From Mobula hypostoma (lineage: Eukaryota), in contig NC_086099.1 of NCBI RefSeq assembly GCF_963921235.1, positions 121,892,001 through 121,956,000 on the forward strand: a stretch of 64,000 bases of DNA. Direction: 5' to 3'. A program made the position numbers and the translations under genes. Below are positions 12,241 to 41,385 of this stretch, piece by piece (positions within the stretch are counted from its first letter, which is position 1; each line of letters opens with the position of its first letter). Below the pieces are notes generated by a model, which saw nothing but the letters and a program-made list of their open reading frames with translations, was not told the origin of the DNA and did no database searches.

Positions 12241-12410
12241 CAACACACACAAAATGCTGGTGGAATGCAGCAGTCCTGATGAAGGGTCTCAGCCCAAAAT
12301 GTCGACTGTATCTCTTCCTATAGATGCTGCCTGGCCTGCTGCGTTCCACCAGCATTTTATGTGTGTTGCTTGAATTTCCAGCGTCTGCAGATTTCCTTGT
12401 GTTTGCGTTT
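12241..12410 (+). mobile_element. Short Penelope-like fold-back insertion (family 1)
   Basis: TSD TTAATAC(C/T)TTCAAG at 12227-12240 and 12411-12424; hammerhead-like motif at 12271-12308. Confidence 0.75.
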
Positions 12411-12444
12411 TTAATACTTTCAAGTTGTTATTTGGATCTGAAGT

Positions 12445-12705
12445 TTATTTGAGGTACAGTGTGGAACAGGCCCTTCTAGCCCACTGAGCCACATCACCCA
12501 ACAACCCACCCGTTTAATCCTAGCATAGTCACGGGACAATTTACAATGACCAATTAACCTACGAACCAGTAGGACTGTGGGAGGAAACCAGACAGTCACG
12601 GGGAGAACATACAAACTCCTTACAGGGTGGGGGGGCGCGCGCAGGAATTGAACTTCGGAACACCCCCAGCTATAGTAATATTGCTCTCGCTGCTGTGTTA
12701 TCGTG
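12445..12705 (-). mobile_element. tRNA-derived SINE
   Basis: Reverse complement of the 18308-18586 family. Confidence 0.6.
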
Positions 12706-15412
12706 ACACCCATGATGAAAGGTTCACATTGGTTTCAGTCCTAAGGTGGGATAGCAGGAGTTTGAAATATCTAGGTACTCGGATGGAAAACGTGTCTTTG
12801 GATACAAGACTGAAGTTTCAAAGTTAAATATCATCTATAGGGATGAAATATGTTGACTTGTTGTTGAGTTAGTCTGTTGTTGGTGAGAAATGTGTGGCCG
12901 TGGTTTTTCTAGTGAAGCAGCGTTAGATTATCTTGAATTTTGTGGTTCTTTTGCATTTGATTTTCATCGCAAGCCTGAATGCCACTGTTTCTGAAAGACC
13001 TGAGTCTTGATAAGGTTTTCCAAAATGCACTGCTTATTCATCTCTGGGAAAAACACAAATTTTGTTAGCAGAGCTGAAATATCTACTCATGACTTTAAAT
13101 ATGTGGTGAAACAACCATTGTAGCTTTTAAAAAGGCCTGGATTTCTCTTCCTGTAGAGTGATATTGCTTTGTCATTATACAAATGAGGATTTAATTTAAA
13201 ATCCATGCAATTCTGAGTTAACTTCGTAAACAGTTGTTCTGCAAGTTTTCCAGACTAACCTTGAGGAATCGAATGGTTCTTAAACTTCTTGGTTAGACAG
13301 TATGTCAGACAAAGTAAATTTATTGTACCAAGTACATTTATGTCACCAAATACTACCCAGAGATTAATTTTATTGCAGGCATTCACAGTAGAATCAATGG
13401 AAAACTTCACACAAAGACTGACAAGCAATCAATGTACAAAAGGAGACAAACTGCAAACACAAAAAATAAATTAAGAATCAATAAGTAATACAAGATGAGT
13501 ACAAGTTTGTCATCTGACTGTACATATATACAACCAAACAAAACAACATTCCGCTGGACCACAGTGCATCCACAAAACATAACACAAAATATTACCACAA
13601 ATATATAAGTAAAATACAATTTAAAGTGTACATAGTGCACAGCACAGGTAAATAGTAAACAGAGTTGTAGTGTCTTGAAAGTTACATGTGACTAGCATAC
13701 AATTTGGCAGCCAAAAAATTGTTGGAGTGGTATCCCCTCATGCTGTGATTATGTTGCTAAAAGTGGCTTTGGAAAGTACTCTGAAGCCCGTGCTTGCCTT
13801 GCATCCCTGAGAGTAGATTACAGATTCATGCTTAAGAATATGTCAGATACAGAGTTAAATGATCCGGAATCGCAGCTCATGTTACAAAGTGCCTGCAACT
13901 TAATAGCTTGCTCAATTTAGTTTGATTCTAAGGGGCTCAGTTCAGTTTTTTCCCACTGACTTCCCCTCTGTTTTTGTTGTAATTTCAGATGGCTTCCTTA
14001 ATTTCATAGTAAATTACAAATGTTTGGTGATCCTGTGGCATAGTTAGTCTTCTGATTTAACACAGACATAGAAAAATACACTACAGGAACAGGCTGTTTT
14101 GGCCCATTGTGTCTACATAAACGAATCCCACCTGCTTCTGAGTGATCAGTAGCCCTCTATTTCCCATTTCTTTATAGTTGTACTATTTGAGCCTGTCTTC
14201 ATTCTTCTGTGATATGTCTCTCAAAGGTGATCACTGTAAAGCAAAGTGGAAGAAAATCTGTGGTTTCCTGGCAGGCTTCAGTAATGAAGCTCGGAAAGTA
14301 TATGACATCATGGATTGCAGGCAGGTTCTGCACTATTGTTGAACATAACTAATTATTTCAATAGCCTGATGGGAAGGGAAAATTTGGTCTTTTTTCACTT
14401 TATTAAAAATAAACTGATCTTGATGACATCTTTGTACTTTATTTTGAACTTTGCATTCTGCGTTTCTTATATTTGGGAGCAGCCCAGTGTCCCACAGACG
14501 CTGTGTGTCATAGTCAGCTGTTGACCTGGGACTTTGCAAGCCAGGTTGGCCAGCTGCCAATGTAGGCATCCATCAGTGAGAGCTGTGTGACACATGCTGC
14601 CCCACACAGTTGGAATGTCTGGTTAATGTTTGGGTGTTTTACATGTCTGCTGTGAATTTCATCTGTCAGCGCATTCATTCTACTATCTTGTACTGTGTCG
14701 TCTCGAGTCTGAAGGAGGTAAGGTTCCAGTGCTTTAATCCCACAAGATCCTTGATCCAGAAGTCATGTTTCTTCTTAAGCCCATCGCCCTTACTGGGGCA
14801 TGGGCTGCCGGCAGCGATTCGCCAGAGTCTTCTGACCGGGGCCCGTCTTTCAGGGTGTAGCACATTGAAGATCTTTCCTCTTAAGGATGAGGTCTTTGGA
14901 GCTTCTGTTTGCATTTCTGTAGGTCTGGGTTTTTATGGGATGGGGTTGCTAGCCCCATGCCCAACCCTCCTTGTGCAGCTGGATTTGGGACTGCCCATGA
15001 CAGAGTTAGATTTCATCTTTGGAGTTTCTGTATTTGAGCTGACTATTGTAGTCAATCTGGTGAATACATTCAAACTCATGACCAGCATTGTTTTGTGAAA
15101 TTTAAATTAGCTAAATGCCACAGTTGGTTAGGGTGGTCAGACTTGGAAGGTCAGGGAGTTTGTGGGACAATAAGGTGGATGCAGAATTGGCCAAAGTGGA
15201 CAATTGGCTCTTCTCATTGTGGGGCTGCTATTTTGAAGAATTGTGGTTTTGAAAAGCTAGGTGTACTTATCAGTTTTAGCATACTATTGAAGTAAGTTAA
15301 TAAGATTAATCAATGAATTTGTTCTGCAGAGTCCAGGCTATAGTTCCCGGTGACTCTTCAGCTGTGCCGTGTGACATCTGGTTTGTGCCGTCTTAGAAAA
15401 ATATCACTAAAC

Positions 15413-30358
<14,946 letters not shown>

Positions 30359-31475
30359 TCTGCCGTCATCCATTCCTGAAGAACTACCTTGTACAATGAG
30401 CAATGCCAAACATGTAACCAAGACACTACTGCCTTGATTGGAAGGTTCACGCATGACTTTGCTGTTCACATTGGTAAAGGTGTTGGGAGGTAGAGATTGC
30501 ATGTTGCAGGATGGTTGGTGTGTGAAGAATGTCTTGTGTTATGAAAGAATGGTTAAACCAAGGGGCCAAACTTTGTTCTCTAGCTCCATTCATTTTTTTT
30601 TACTTAAAATTGGAATGCATCTTTGTACAGTTAGCAGTATTTAAAACCTTTTTATACATTTATACATTGATTACACTTTCTGAGCCTGTGAAGTAACCCA
30701 ATTTTAAACTAATTACCTCAAGTAGGCACATTGAAGTGTAAGAAAAAGAGCAACTGTATCTGAAATTGTGGGGAAGAGCCCAAGTAGTGACTTTAGCCCT
30801 TATCATCCTCCTTGCTTTGCCCTGAGAACAATTACTGTTGGTTTCACAACCTGTTACACTTCCTCACCCGAGAGATTGCTAATCTCAGCATTGAACTGCC
30901 CACACAAACGTGGACATGGCAGAGACATTCAATGTTACGTTGTAGGAATGTCTATTTGGGAACTAATTCATAGTGTATTCCCCCCCCCCCCCCCGCCAAG
31001 TACTTTAGCAGGCCATCTTTGTTCCACTTCAGTGTTGTTCATGAGCCATGCTTCCCGTAATTGGTTCAACTAAGACTTACCAGTTTAATGTGTTGATGTT
31101 AACTGTAGTGATGCATTAAAATAGGTCATTCAAGGCTGAGGTCCACTTGAACAACATCTGTTCCTCATTGGCTCTATCAGAGCAAAAGTACCAATGTGAT
31201 TATATACCATTAAATAACTCATCTCCAAATGCCCGTGGGTTATTGAACTGTCAGAAGACTGACATTTTCACTGAGGAAGGGGGGCAGTGTCAATTTCTGG
31301 CAGTTTAGTTTGTAACTGCTCCTTTACCTTGGTGTTTTCACTATGTTGAAATGGCATTAAACTAACAGTGCCTCTGGTAATATTTTAATTTATGTAATGG
31401 TGCCTTTTATGCTGTGAAACTGGTTACCAATACAGAGCATCATACTCAGACTTTATACATGGAAGTAAGACTACT

Positions 31476-31506
31476 AATAAATTTTAAATTCAACTGTAAG
31501 AATAAA
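31476..31506 (+). terminator. Tandem AATAAA polyadenylation signals ending a ~1.15 kb 3'UTR
   Basis: AATAAA at 31476-31481 and 31501-31506, followed by T/GT-rich sequence. The 3'UTR from 30359 has no recognisable transposon. Confidence 0.65.
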
Positions 31507-33574
31507 CTGAATTTTATAATCTTGGTTAGTCCTGAGTTTGACTTGTGAAATATTTCTTCTGCTGATAATGAGGTGTCATTGTTCTTAAAGATCTTTTTCC
31601 CCCTCCAGCTGAAAGCTCCTGATATAAAGTCTTAAAAGTACCTCTTATCTTACCAATATGTTGTCATCAGTCGGCATAGTGACTGGTGTTCTTGTCCTCA
31701 TGCTTACAGGTGGATTCTGAAGGAATTGTCTGATGGACTGCTGCAGACCCCTCCACTGAAGGGGCAATCCTTGCAGACTTTCAGGGCCCTTCATTTCATA
31801 TGTACAAGTTATTTTCTGGATTGACCGCAAATTAAATTTCTGTTGCAGTGTAATCCAGAGTTAAATGCAGTAGTGTTATCTCCCTGAGAAGCAACACTTT
31901 TATCTCTTTTGACAATCTTTCTTGAATGTTTGCTTGAATTTGAAACTGTGGTTACAACCGTTCTTCCTCTTGAAGTCTAATAGTAACTGCATTATTCAGA
32001 GAGGTAGTATTCAGCCATAATCATATTAAATGTTGGGGTAGCTTCAAAGGGCCTGGTGGTCTTCTGCTCCTAGTTGCTGCTGCTCTTGAGAGCTGATTCT
32101 GATGTGACGTTTAATATGACTGCTCTGACTGCAACCTTGACTGTTTCCACCTACCCGCAGAACCTTTTACCTTTTGCTTGACTCATCAAGCATCCATCTC
32201 TGCTGTGCTTCCAATGCTCCTTGAAGAGTTTAAAAACCCAATTCTCTAGCCTCCCACAATATTTTGCTATATTATATACCATCTCTTTTGCTTTGTTGCT
32301 GTCTTTGACCTCCCTTGTCACCCACAGTACCCTCTTCCTGCCTTTAAAATAAATTAGCTTAGAATTTGGATAATTTCTTCAGTGCAATAAGAATCTGTGC
32401 TCAGTATAAATACCAATTTGGGTTCCCACACAAAAAATCTGTGAATAGACCAGTGAACTATTTGTAGCAGGTTGGTTTAGTGTGCTAGAACAGGAGCCAT
32501 GTTTGGCTTTAAATACTATACAAAGAAGGGCAATGACAGCTGAAGATGCATTCCCCATGCCAGCCAGATCCATATGGCTTTGTGAAAGAGACAGAGGAGG
32601 ACACAATTAATTTGTGAGAGTGTACAGGAGAGGAACTGGAAAACCTGGCAGGATGTGGTGACAATTGTCTCAGTTGTCAGACTCCCCATTGATTACACAA
32701 AGCACAAACAAAGATTGTCCTCAGGAGATTACAATGCACTGACTGCTCTTGCTGGAATTGATTGAAATTTTGTGTGTGGGTGGACTTGCAAAGCATTGGG
32801 TGAAGGATTATTAAGTGCATTCAAGTTTAAGCTTGTTGTCATCTTACTATATAAATAATATAACATTACTCTGGTCCACAATGCACCAACAAAGGATATA
32901 TCACACTCAGCACATAAAACAAAATATTATCATAAGTTAATAAAATATAATTCAAAATGCATGTTGTGTGCAGGTAAACAGCTCGCTGTCCTAGTGACAA
33001 AACCTTGGTGGTGGCAGGGTATTGATTAGTCTCACAGTCTGAGGGAAGAAGCTGATACCCTGACTCTGGCCATCCTAGTCCTGATGGTAGCAAGCCAAAG
33101 AGATTGTGGAATGGATGGTTCGAATCTTCAACAATGCTTCAGGCCCTTCCATCTACAACACTTCTAGTAAATGTCATCAGTAAGGGGGAGAGAGACCCTG
33201 GTATATTCTGTCATTCATCTGACAAATGGTTACCAGCAACACAGTAGACCCATAAAGTGTGGGGTTTGCCCTGCAGGCAAGGATCTTCCCACATCCTTCT
33301 CCATCACTGGTTGCAGGCCCTTATGTGCTATCTAAATTCTGCTACTTTTAAATCACATCAGCCCTTGTGCTTCGCAGAATGCACTGGTGAAGAGACTAAT
33401 ATATGTCCTCAAGATCTGTTTGGTAGGACCACCTTTGTGCAGGGAATGCAGACACATGAAATATGTTATTCACCTTCCCATTTCTTTGGGAGATGGAGGA
33501 ATCTGGAGTGAAAAACAAATGGGTCATCGGTATCTGTGCAACGAGTGGTTGGCTGATAATTCAAGTTGAGATCC

Positions 33575-36500
33575 TGAGACCATAAGGCAATAGGAGCAGA
33601 ATTAGGCCATTTGGTTCATCGAATCTGCTCTGCCATTTGATCATGGCTGATCAATTTCCCTGTCAACCCCATTATCCTGCTTTCTCCCTGTAACCTTTCA
33701 TGCCCTGAATTATCAAGAATCTATCGACCTTCACCTTAAGTACACCCTTAATGACCTAGCCTCCACATCAACCTGTTACAACAAATTCCACAGATTCACC
33801 AACCCCTGGCTAAAGAAATTCCACCTCATCTCCTTTCTAAATGGACAACTCTATTCTGAGGTTGTGCCGTCTAGTCCTATACTCTCCCCATTATATAAAA
33901 CATCCCTTCCATATCCACTTTATCTAGGTCTTTCAACAGTAATTCTTATGAATTCCAGTGAGTACAGGCCCAGAGCCATCATACATTCCTCATATGATAA
34001 GCCTTTCATTCCTGGAATAATTTTTGAACTCTCCAATGTCATCGCACCATTTACTAGATAAGGGGCCCAAAACTGCTCATAATATTCCAAGTGAGGCCTC
34101 ATCAGTGCCTTATAAAGCCTCGGCATAACAATCTTGTTTCTATATTCTAGTCCTCTCTAAATTAATGCTAACATTGTATTTGCCTTCCTCACCACCAAAT
34201 CTGTGTTAATCCCTAAAGGAAATCCTGCACGAGGACTGCCTAGGCCCTTTGCACCTCTGATTCTTGAATTTTCTACCCGTATAGAAAATAGTCTATGCTT
34301 TTATTCCTTGTACCAAAGTGCATGACTATAGACTTCCTGAACCTGTATTCCATCTGCCCCTTTGCTCATGCTCCTGATCTTCTAAGCCCATCTGCAGCCT
34401 CCCTGCTTCCTCAACACTACTTGCCCCTCCACTTATCTTTGTATCATCTGCAAACTTGGCCATAACGTCATCAATCCCTTCATCCAAATAGTGACATACA
34501 ATGTGAAAAAACAGTCCCAACACCGACCCCTGCAGAACACCACTAGTCGTCAGTAGCCAATCAGAAAAGGCTCCCTTTATTCCCACTCTGCCAGTATTTT
34601 TCCTGGAATACCATGGGCTCTTAACTTTGTAATCTACCTTGTGTGTGGCACCTTGTCAAAGGCCTTCTGAAAATCCAAGAACACAACATCCACTGATTTT
34701 CCTTTGTGCTGCTTATTATTTCCCCCCAAAAAATTCCAACTGATTTGGTCAGATGAGTTTTCCCCTTAAGGAAACCATGCTGACTGGCATATTTTGGTAT
34801 AGATACCCCTCATAATTTTGTATACCTCTATCAAATAAGGTAAATGCAAGCAGGGTTTTTCCACTGAGGTTGGGTGGGGTGATAATTAGAGGTCATGGGT
34901 TAAGGGTACAAGGTGAAAAGGAGAACATGAGAGGAAACCTCACTCAGAGGATCATGAGAATGTGAAATGAGCTGCCAGCGCGACTGGTGCATGCCAGCTA
35001 AATTTCAACATTGAAGAGCAGTTTGGGTAGGTATATGAAAGGCAAGGGTATGGAGGACTATGGTCTGTGTGCAGATCAATGGGCCTAGACAGTTTAAATG
35101 GATAGGCATGGACTAGATGGGCAGAATGACCTGTTTCTGCTGTACTTTTCTACAACTCTAGACACCAGCTATTGCTGCTTTGCCATCATCCCTGCCAGTA
35201 TCCCCTTCCAATCAACTTTAGCTTGCTCCTCTCTCATGCCTCTAATTCCCTTTTCTCCACTGTAATACTGATACGTCTGACTTTCCTTCTCCTTTTCAAA
35301 CTGCAGGGTGAATTCTGTCATATTATGATCACTGCCTTCTAGTTCCCGAATAAAACCTGTTTCATTTAAATTTTTCATTTTTTTTCCATCGGCGTCGAGA
35401 GAGGCAGGACTGCGCAGGCATGTGACGTCGGGGAGTGAAACGAGGAAGATTTAAAAGGAACACAGCCTTATATAGCAGGCAGCGGAGTTTGCGGGCTGCG
35501 GAGTGAGCTGGGAGCAGAGTGAAGGCTTAAGGGCTTTGGCGAAACGGGCGAGGCGAAGAGGATTTGGTTATTTTTTTTCCACTGTTATTTGAAGAGAGGG
35601 GGAAGTATGAGTGAGAGGGCAGCTTGTTGTTCTCAGTGCCGGATGTGGGAGGTGGAGTCTCCCAACTTTGAGGAGATGCAAAAGAATTTAGAAGGAGTGG
35701 ATTGGGAAAATTTGTTTTATGGGAAGGATGTAACAGAGAAATGGAGGTCATTTAAAGGTGAAATTTTGAGGGTTCAGAATCTATGTTCCTGTTAGGTTGA
35801 AAGGAAAGGTTAAAAGTTTGAGAGAGCCATGGTTTTCAAGAGATATTAGAAACTTGGTTCAGAAAAAGAGAGGGTTCTTCAATAAATATAGGCAGCTTGG
35901 AGTTAATGAAGTACTTGAGGAATATAAAGAATGTAAGAAGAATCTTAAGAAAGAAATTAGAAAAGCTAAAAAGATATGAGGCTGCTTTGGCAAGTAAGGT
36001 GAAAATAAATCCAAAGAGTTTCTACAGTTATGTTAGTGGCAAAAGGATAATGAGGGATAAAATTGGTCTCTTGGAGAATCAGAGTGGACGGCTATGTGCG
36101 GAGCCGAAAGAGATGGGGGAGGTTTTGAACAATTTCTTTTCTTCTGTATTCACTAAGGAGAAGGATATTGAATGGTGTAAGGTAAAGGAAACAAGTAGGG
36201 TAGTTATGGAAAGTATGACAGTTATAGAAGAGGAAGTACTGGCACTTTTAAGGAATATAAAAGTGAGTAAGTCTCCTGAGTCTGGACAAGATATTCCCTA
36301 GGACCTTGAGGGAAGTTAGGGTAGAAATAGCAGGGTCTCTGACAGAAATATTTCAAATGTCATTAGAAACGGGGATGGTGCCGGAGGATTGGTGTATTGC
36401 TCATGTGGTTCCATTGTTTAAAAAGGGTTCTAAGAGTAAACCTGGCAATTATCGGCCTGTGAGTTTGACGTCAGTGGTGGGTAAATTGAAGGAAAGAATT

Positions 36501-38340
36501 CTTAGAGATGGTATATATAATTATCTGGATAGACGGGGTCTGATTAGGAACAGTCAACATGGATTTGTGCGTGGAAGGTCATGTTTGACAAATCTTATTG
36601 AATTTTTTGATAAGGCTACTAAGAAAGTTGACGAGGGTAAAATGGTGGATGTTATTTATGTGGACTTCAGTAAGGCCTTTGACAAGGTTCCATGGAAGGT
36701 TAGTTAGGAAGGTTCAATCGTTAGGCATTAATATTGAAGTAGTAAAGTGGATTCAGCAGTGGCTAGATGGGAGACGCCAGAGAGTAGTGGTGGATAACTG
36801 TGTGTCAGATTGGAGGATGGTGTGTAGCGGTGTGCCTCAGAGATCTGTACCGGGTCCAATGTTGTTTGTAATGTATATTAATGATCTGGATGATGGGGTG
36901 GTAAATTGGATTAGTAAGTATGCAGATGATACTAAGATTGGTGGTGTTGTGGATGATGAGGTAGGTTTTCAAAACTTGCAGAGAGATTTAGGACAGTTAG
37001 AAGAGTGGGCTGAAAGATGGCAGATGGAGTTTAATGCAGAAAATTGTGAGGTGCTACATTTTGGTAGAACTAATCAAAATAGGACATACATGGTAAATGG
37101 TAGGGCATTAAAGCATGCTGTAGAACAGCGGGATCTAGGAATAATGGTGCATAGTTCCCTAAAGATGGAATCTCATGTCGATAGGGTGGTGAAGAAAGTT
37201 TTTGGTTTGCTGGCCTTTATTAATGAGAGCATTGAGTATAGGAGTTGGGATGTAATGTTGAATTTGTATAAGGCATTGGTAAGGCCAAATCTGGAGTATT
37301 GTGTACAGTTCTGGTCACCGAATTATAGGAAAGATGTCAATAAAATTGAGAGAGTACAGAGGAGGTTTAGTAAAATGTTGCCTGGGTTTCAACTCCTAAG
37401 TTACAGAGAAAGGTTGAACAAGTTAGGTCTTTATTCTTTGGAGCGTAGAAGGTTGAGGGGGGGCTTGATAGAGGTGTTTAAAATTATGAGGGGGATTGAT
37501 AGAGTTGACGTGGTTAGACTTTTTCCATTGAGAGTGGGGGAGATTCAAACAAGAGGACATGGGTTGAGAATTAGAGGACAAAAGTTTAGGGGTAAAATGA
37601 GGGGGAACTTAACTCAGAGAGTGGTAGCTGTGTGGAATGAGCTTCCAACAGAAGTGGCAGGTTCCATGTTGCCGTTTAAAGTTAAATTGGATAGATATAT
37701 GGACAGGAAAGGAATGGAGGATTATGGGCTGAGTGCAGGTCGATGGGACTAGGATAGGGTAAGAGTTCAGCACGGATTAGAAGGGCCAAGATGGCCTGTT
37801 TCCATGCTGTAATTGTTATATGGTTACACAGCATCCAATCCAGAATAGCTGATCCCCTTGTGGCTCAACCACAAGCTGCTCTAAAAAGCATTCTTGTGAG
37901 CATTCTACAAATTATCTCACTTGGGATCCAAAATCAGCACCAACCTGATTTTCCCAATCTACCTGCATATTGAAATACCCCATGACTATTGCAACATTGC
38001 CCATTTTATATGCATTTTCTATCTCCCATTGTAAGTTGTGGCCCACATCCTGGCTATTATCCAGAGGCATGCATGTAACTCCCATCCAGATCTTTTTACC
38101 CTGGCAGTTCCTTTGCTTTACATCTAACGATTGTACATCTCTTGATTCTATCGATCCTAAGGATTTGATTTCATTTTTCACCAACAGAGACACAACACCC
38201 ACTCTGTCTACCTGCCTGTCCTTTTGCTGCAACATGTATCCTTAGATGTTACGGTCCCAACTCTGATCTTCTTACAGCCACAACTCTGTGATACCCACAA
38301 CGTCATAACTGTCAATTTCTAACTGTGCTGCAGGTTCAGC
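33575..38340 (-). mobile_element. Older CR1 LINE (endonuclease to 3' end), split by nested insertions
   Basis: Minus-strand ORFs contain SGVLQGSVLG..AKFADDTK, LEGSDHNM, IVMGYFN and YDVVGITELWL (APE endonuclease motifs). Confidence 0.8.
35366..37825 (+). mobile_element. Younger CR1 LINE: 5'UTR, ORF1 start, large internal deletion, frameshifted ORF2 RT
   Basis: ORFs 35897-37752 contain PGNYRPVSLTS, QHGFVRGRSCLTNL, DFSKAFDKVP and SKYADDTK. The host CR1 resumes at 37826. Confidence 0.92.
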
Positions 38341-39759
38341 TAGAGGCGGGAGGATTTCTAAAACAGAGATTAGTTGGTGATGGGGGGAACAGAAAAGAAA
38401 GTGAAATAATTTGAGCAAATGGAGCTTGGTGGAGGGAAGGAAGGGGAAATGTAGTGTGAGGCTGCCAGACACTCTATCAAAACTTCTGCTCATGTCTGGC
38501 ACATCATCCCCCATCTCACCTGATTCCACGTATTACCTACCATCCCCTTTCTCAGCTTTTTATGCTCCCTTCACTCTACACTCAATTTGATGCAGGCTGT
38601 CCCTTTGCCTACACGAATGCTGCCTGACCTGCTGAGTTCCTCCAGCACAGTTTTCTGTGGCTTCCCACTTCTTAATTTCACTTCATCCGCCAAACGTGAA
38701 ATGTTATCCCTAACACAAATTAAGGTATTTGGCGTTAAAAGGAACCATTGTCCCTTGTCTGTAGCATTGTCCGTCTCATTCCTGTTTGAAAGATGTTTAC
38801 CATTGTTCTCAACAACATGGCCTTCAGCTAATTTTCTAGGCATAGTGCACTTGGAATTCTATGTCAGTATCACAAATCCCTGAGTTTCACATACCCTATC
38901 GAACAGTCCGTATACACCAGAATATGAATCATCTTTAATATCACTGGAATATTCGTGAAATGTTTTGTTTTACCACAGCAGAACATTGCAATCCAAAATA
39001 ATAAAACCCATAAATTACAATATATTACAGTATGTTTAAAAAATAAAATTAAGTAGTGCAAAAAGAGAGGGAATAAAATAGTGAGGTAGTGATCATTGGT
39101 TCTCTGTCCATTTAGAAATCTGATGTGGAGTTGAAGAATCTGTTCCTGAAATGTTTAGTGTCTGTCTTCAAGGTTCTGTACTTACTTATGTAGCCATGAG
39201 AAGAGGGTGACGGGGGTCCTTAATGATGGATGCTGCCTTTTTTGAGGCTGGTGCCCATGATGGAGCTAGCTAAGTTTGCAACCTTCTGCAGCTTTTTCCA
39301 ATCCTGTGCAGTGGCCCGTCCATACCAGACGGGGGTGCAGCCAGTTGGAATTTTCTTCACAGTATATCTGTAGAAATTTGCAAGGGTCTTCAGTGACATA
39401 CCAATTCTCATCACCACGTAACCACCCTAATCTTGCCCACCATCTCCCTAACTCTACAATAAAGTCAATGTGCTTAGTCCGGTGTACTTTTCCAGTGAAC
39501 GATTCAGTGTAACTGAAGACTCATTGGGAATTAACCTAAATGTGGTTCAAGGAACATTTGTCCCAGATTCAGTTTCACTGTGAAACAGCTGTCCAACGTA
39601 TGAGTAGATGATCACCGAGACATGCTAAAATTAAACCTGATGCGGTGTCCTATAAGAATTTCACACGACACCACGATGCTTCACTGAGAGTGAGGATTCT
39701 GATTTAATACAATGCTGTAATACTTTACAACTAATCAAAAGTTGAGACTCCTCGACTTC

Positions 39760-41385
39760 CTACTATAATTTTTGGTTGCATCACCGTCTGGTATGGAGGG
39801 CACACACTGCACAGGATCGGAAAAAGCCGCAGAAAGTTGTAAACTCAGCCAGCTGCATCATGGACACTGGCCTTACCAGCATCGAGAACACCTTGAAAAG
39901 GCAACACGCACAAAATTCTGAAGGAACTCAGCAGGTCAGGCAGCATCTATGGAAAGTAGTTTTTGGGCCAAGGCCCTTCTTCAGGATTGGAAAGGAAAGG
40001 GGAAGATGCCAGAATAAGAAGGAGGGGAAGGAGGACCAGCTAGAAGTAGGTAGGTGAAGCCAGGTGGGTGGGAAAGCTAAAGTGCTGGAGAGGAAGGAAT
40101 CTGATAGGAGATAGTGGATAGTTGGTAAGAATAACTTATTGAATGTGAAGGCCCATTTTCAACAGGACATCATTCTCAACAACCTTCGCCATCTTCAACG
40201 GGGTCCTACCACCAAACATAGCCTTACCTCCCCCTCACACCAACCTCCCTCCTGGCGCTTATTCCTGCAAGCGACTGAAATGTTAAACCTGCCCGTACAC
40301 CTCCTCCCTAACCTCCACGCAGGGCCACAAACTGTCCTTCCAGGTGAAGTGACACTTCACCGACTAATCTGTTGGGGTCATCTATTGCATCCAGTCCTCC
40401 TGAGATGGCCTCCTCTACAGTGGTGATACCTGTCGTAAATTGAGGGTACTCTTTGTTGAACACCTCTGCTCTGTCCACCAAAAGCAGAATTTTCCAGTGG
40501 CCAAGCATTTTAATTCCTATCCCCATTTCCATTCCGACATGTCTGTCTATGGCCTCCTCTTTTGTCATGACGAGTCCACTCTCAGAGTGGAGGAGCAACA
40601 CCTCATATTCTGTTCAGTTAGCCTCAGACCTGACGGCATGAACACATAGTTCTCCTTCTGGTAAGTTTTCCCTCCCCCTTTCCTCTTCTTCCATACCCTA
40701 CTCTGGCCCTTTACCTCTTCTCCTCATCTGCCTTGTCCTCCACTGAGTCCCTTTCTCCTTCATTTTCTCCCATGGTCCACCCTCCTCTGCTATCAGATTC
40801 CTTCTTCTCCAGCTGTTTATCTTTCTCACCCACCAGGATTTGCCTCTCACCTTCTAGCTATCCTCCTTTCCCTCCCCCTATCTTTTTATTCTGGTACCTC
40901 CTCCCTTCCTTTCCAGTTCCGATGAAGGGTCTCAGACTGAATCGTTGACTGTTTATTCCCCTTCATAGATGCTGCCTAACCTGCTGAGTTCCCCCAGCAT
41001 TTTGTGTGTGTTGCTCTGGATTTCCAGCATCTGCAGAATCTCTTGAGTTTACCTTAAAAAGGTGATGCCTTAGAAAGGCATCATCTGCCATTAAGGATGC
41101 CTATCACCCAGAATATGCCCTCTTCTTAATGCCAGCATCAAGAAGGAGGTACAGGAGCCTGAAGACACTCACTCAGTAGTTTAGAAACAGCTTCTTCTCT
41201 TCTGCCATCAGATTTCTGAATGGTCCATAAATACTACCTCACAATCTTTCCCTCTATTTGCATTATTTATTTATTTTTAAAAATGTATTTATTATTATAA
41301 AATATAGTGATTTTTTTGAGTCTTGCACTGTACCGTTGCTGCAAAACAACAAATTTCATGACGAAGGTAAACCTGATTCTGATTG
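39760..41385 (+). mobile_element. Rex1/Babar-like LINE 3' fragment hosting a Penelope insertion
   Basis: Similar to 59190-59590; ends in a CTGATTCTGATT tail. Confidence 0.6.
39902..41050 (+). mobile_element. Penelope-like retroelement 3' fragment with GIY-YIG endonuclease remnant and an inverted 5' terminal repeat
   Basis: From ~40370 the sequence translates VGVIYCIQSS*DGLLYSGDTCRKLRVLFVEHL...PVAKHFN. TSD ACCTT(G/A)AAAAGG at 39890-39901 and 41051-41062. Confidence 0.85.

Noticed and set aside
14610-15098. 162-aa intronic ORF
   Set aside because: It has a non-ATG start, overlaps a repeat-like segment, and shows no homology I recognise or flanking splice signals.
36598-37752. 384-aa ORF as a host gene
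   Set aside because: It is the C-terminal part of a CR1 reverse transcriptase, and the upstream ORF2 is frameshifted.
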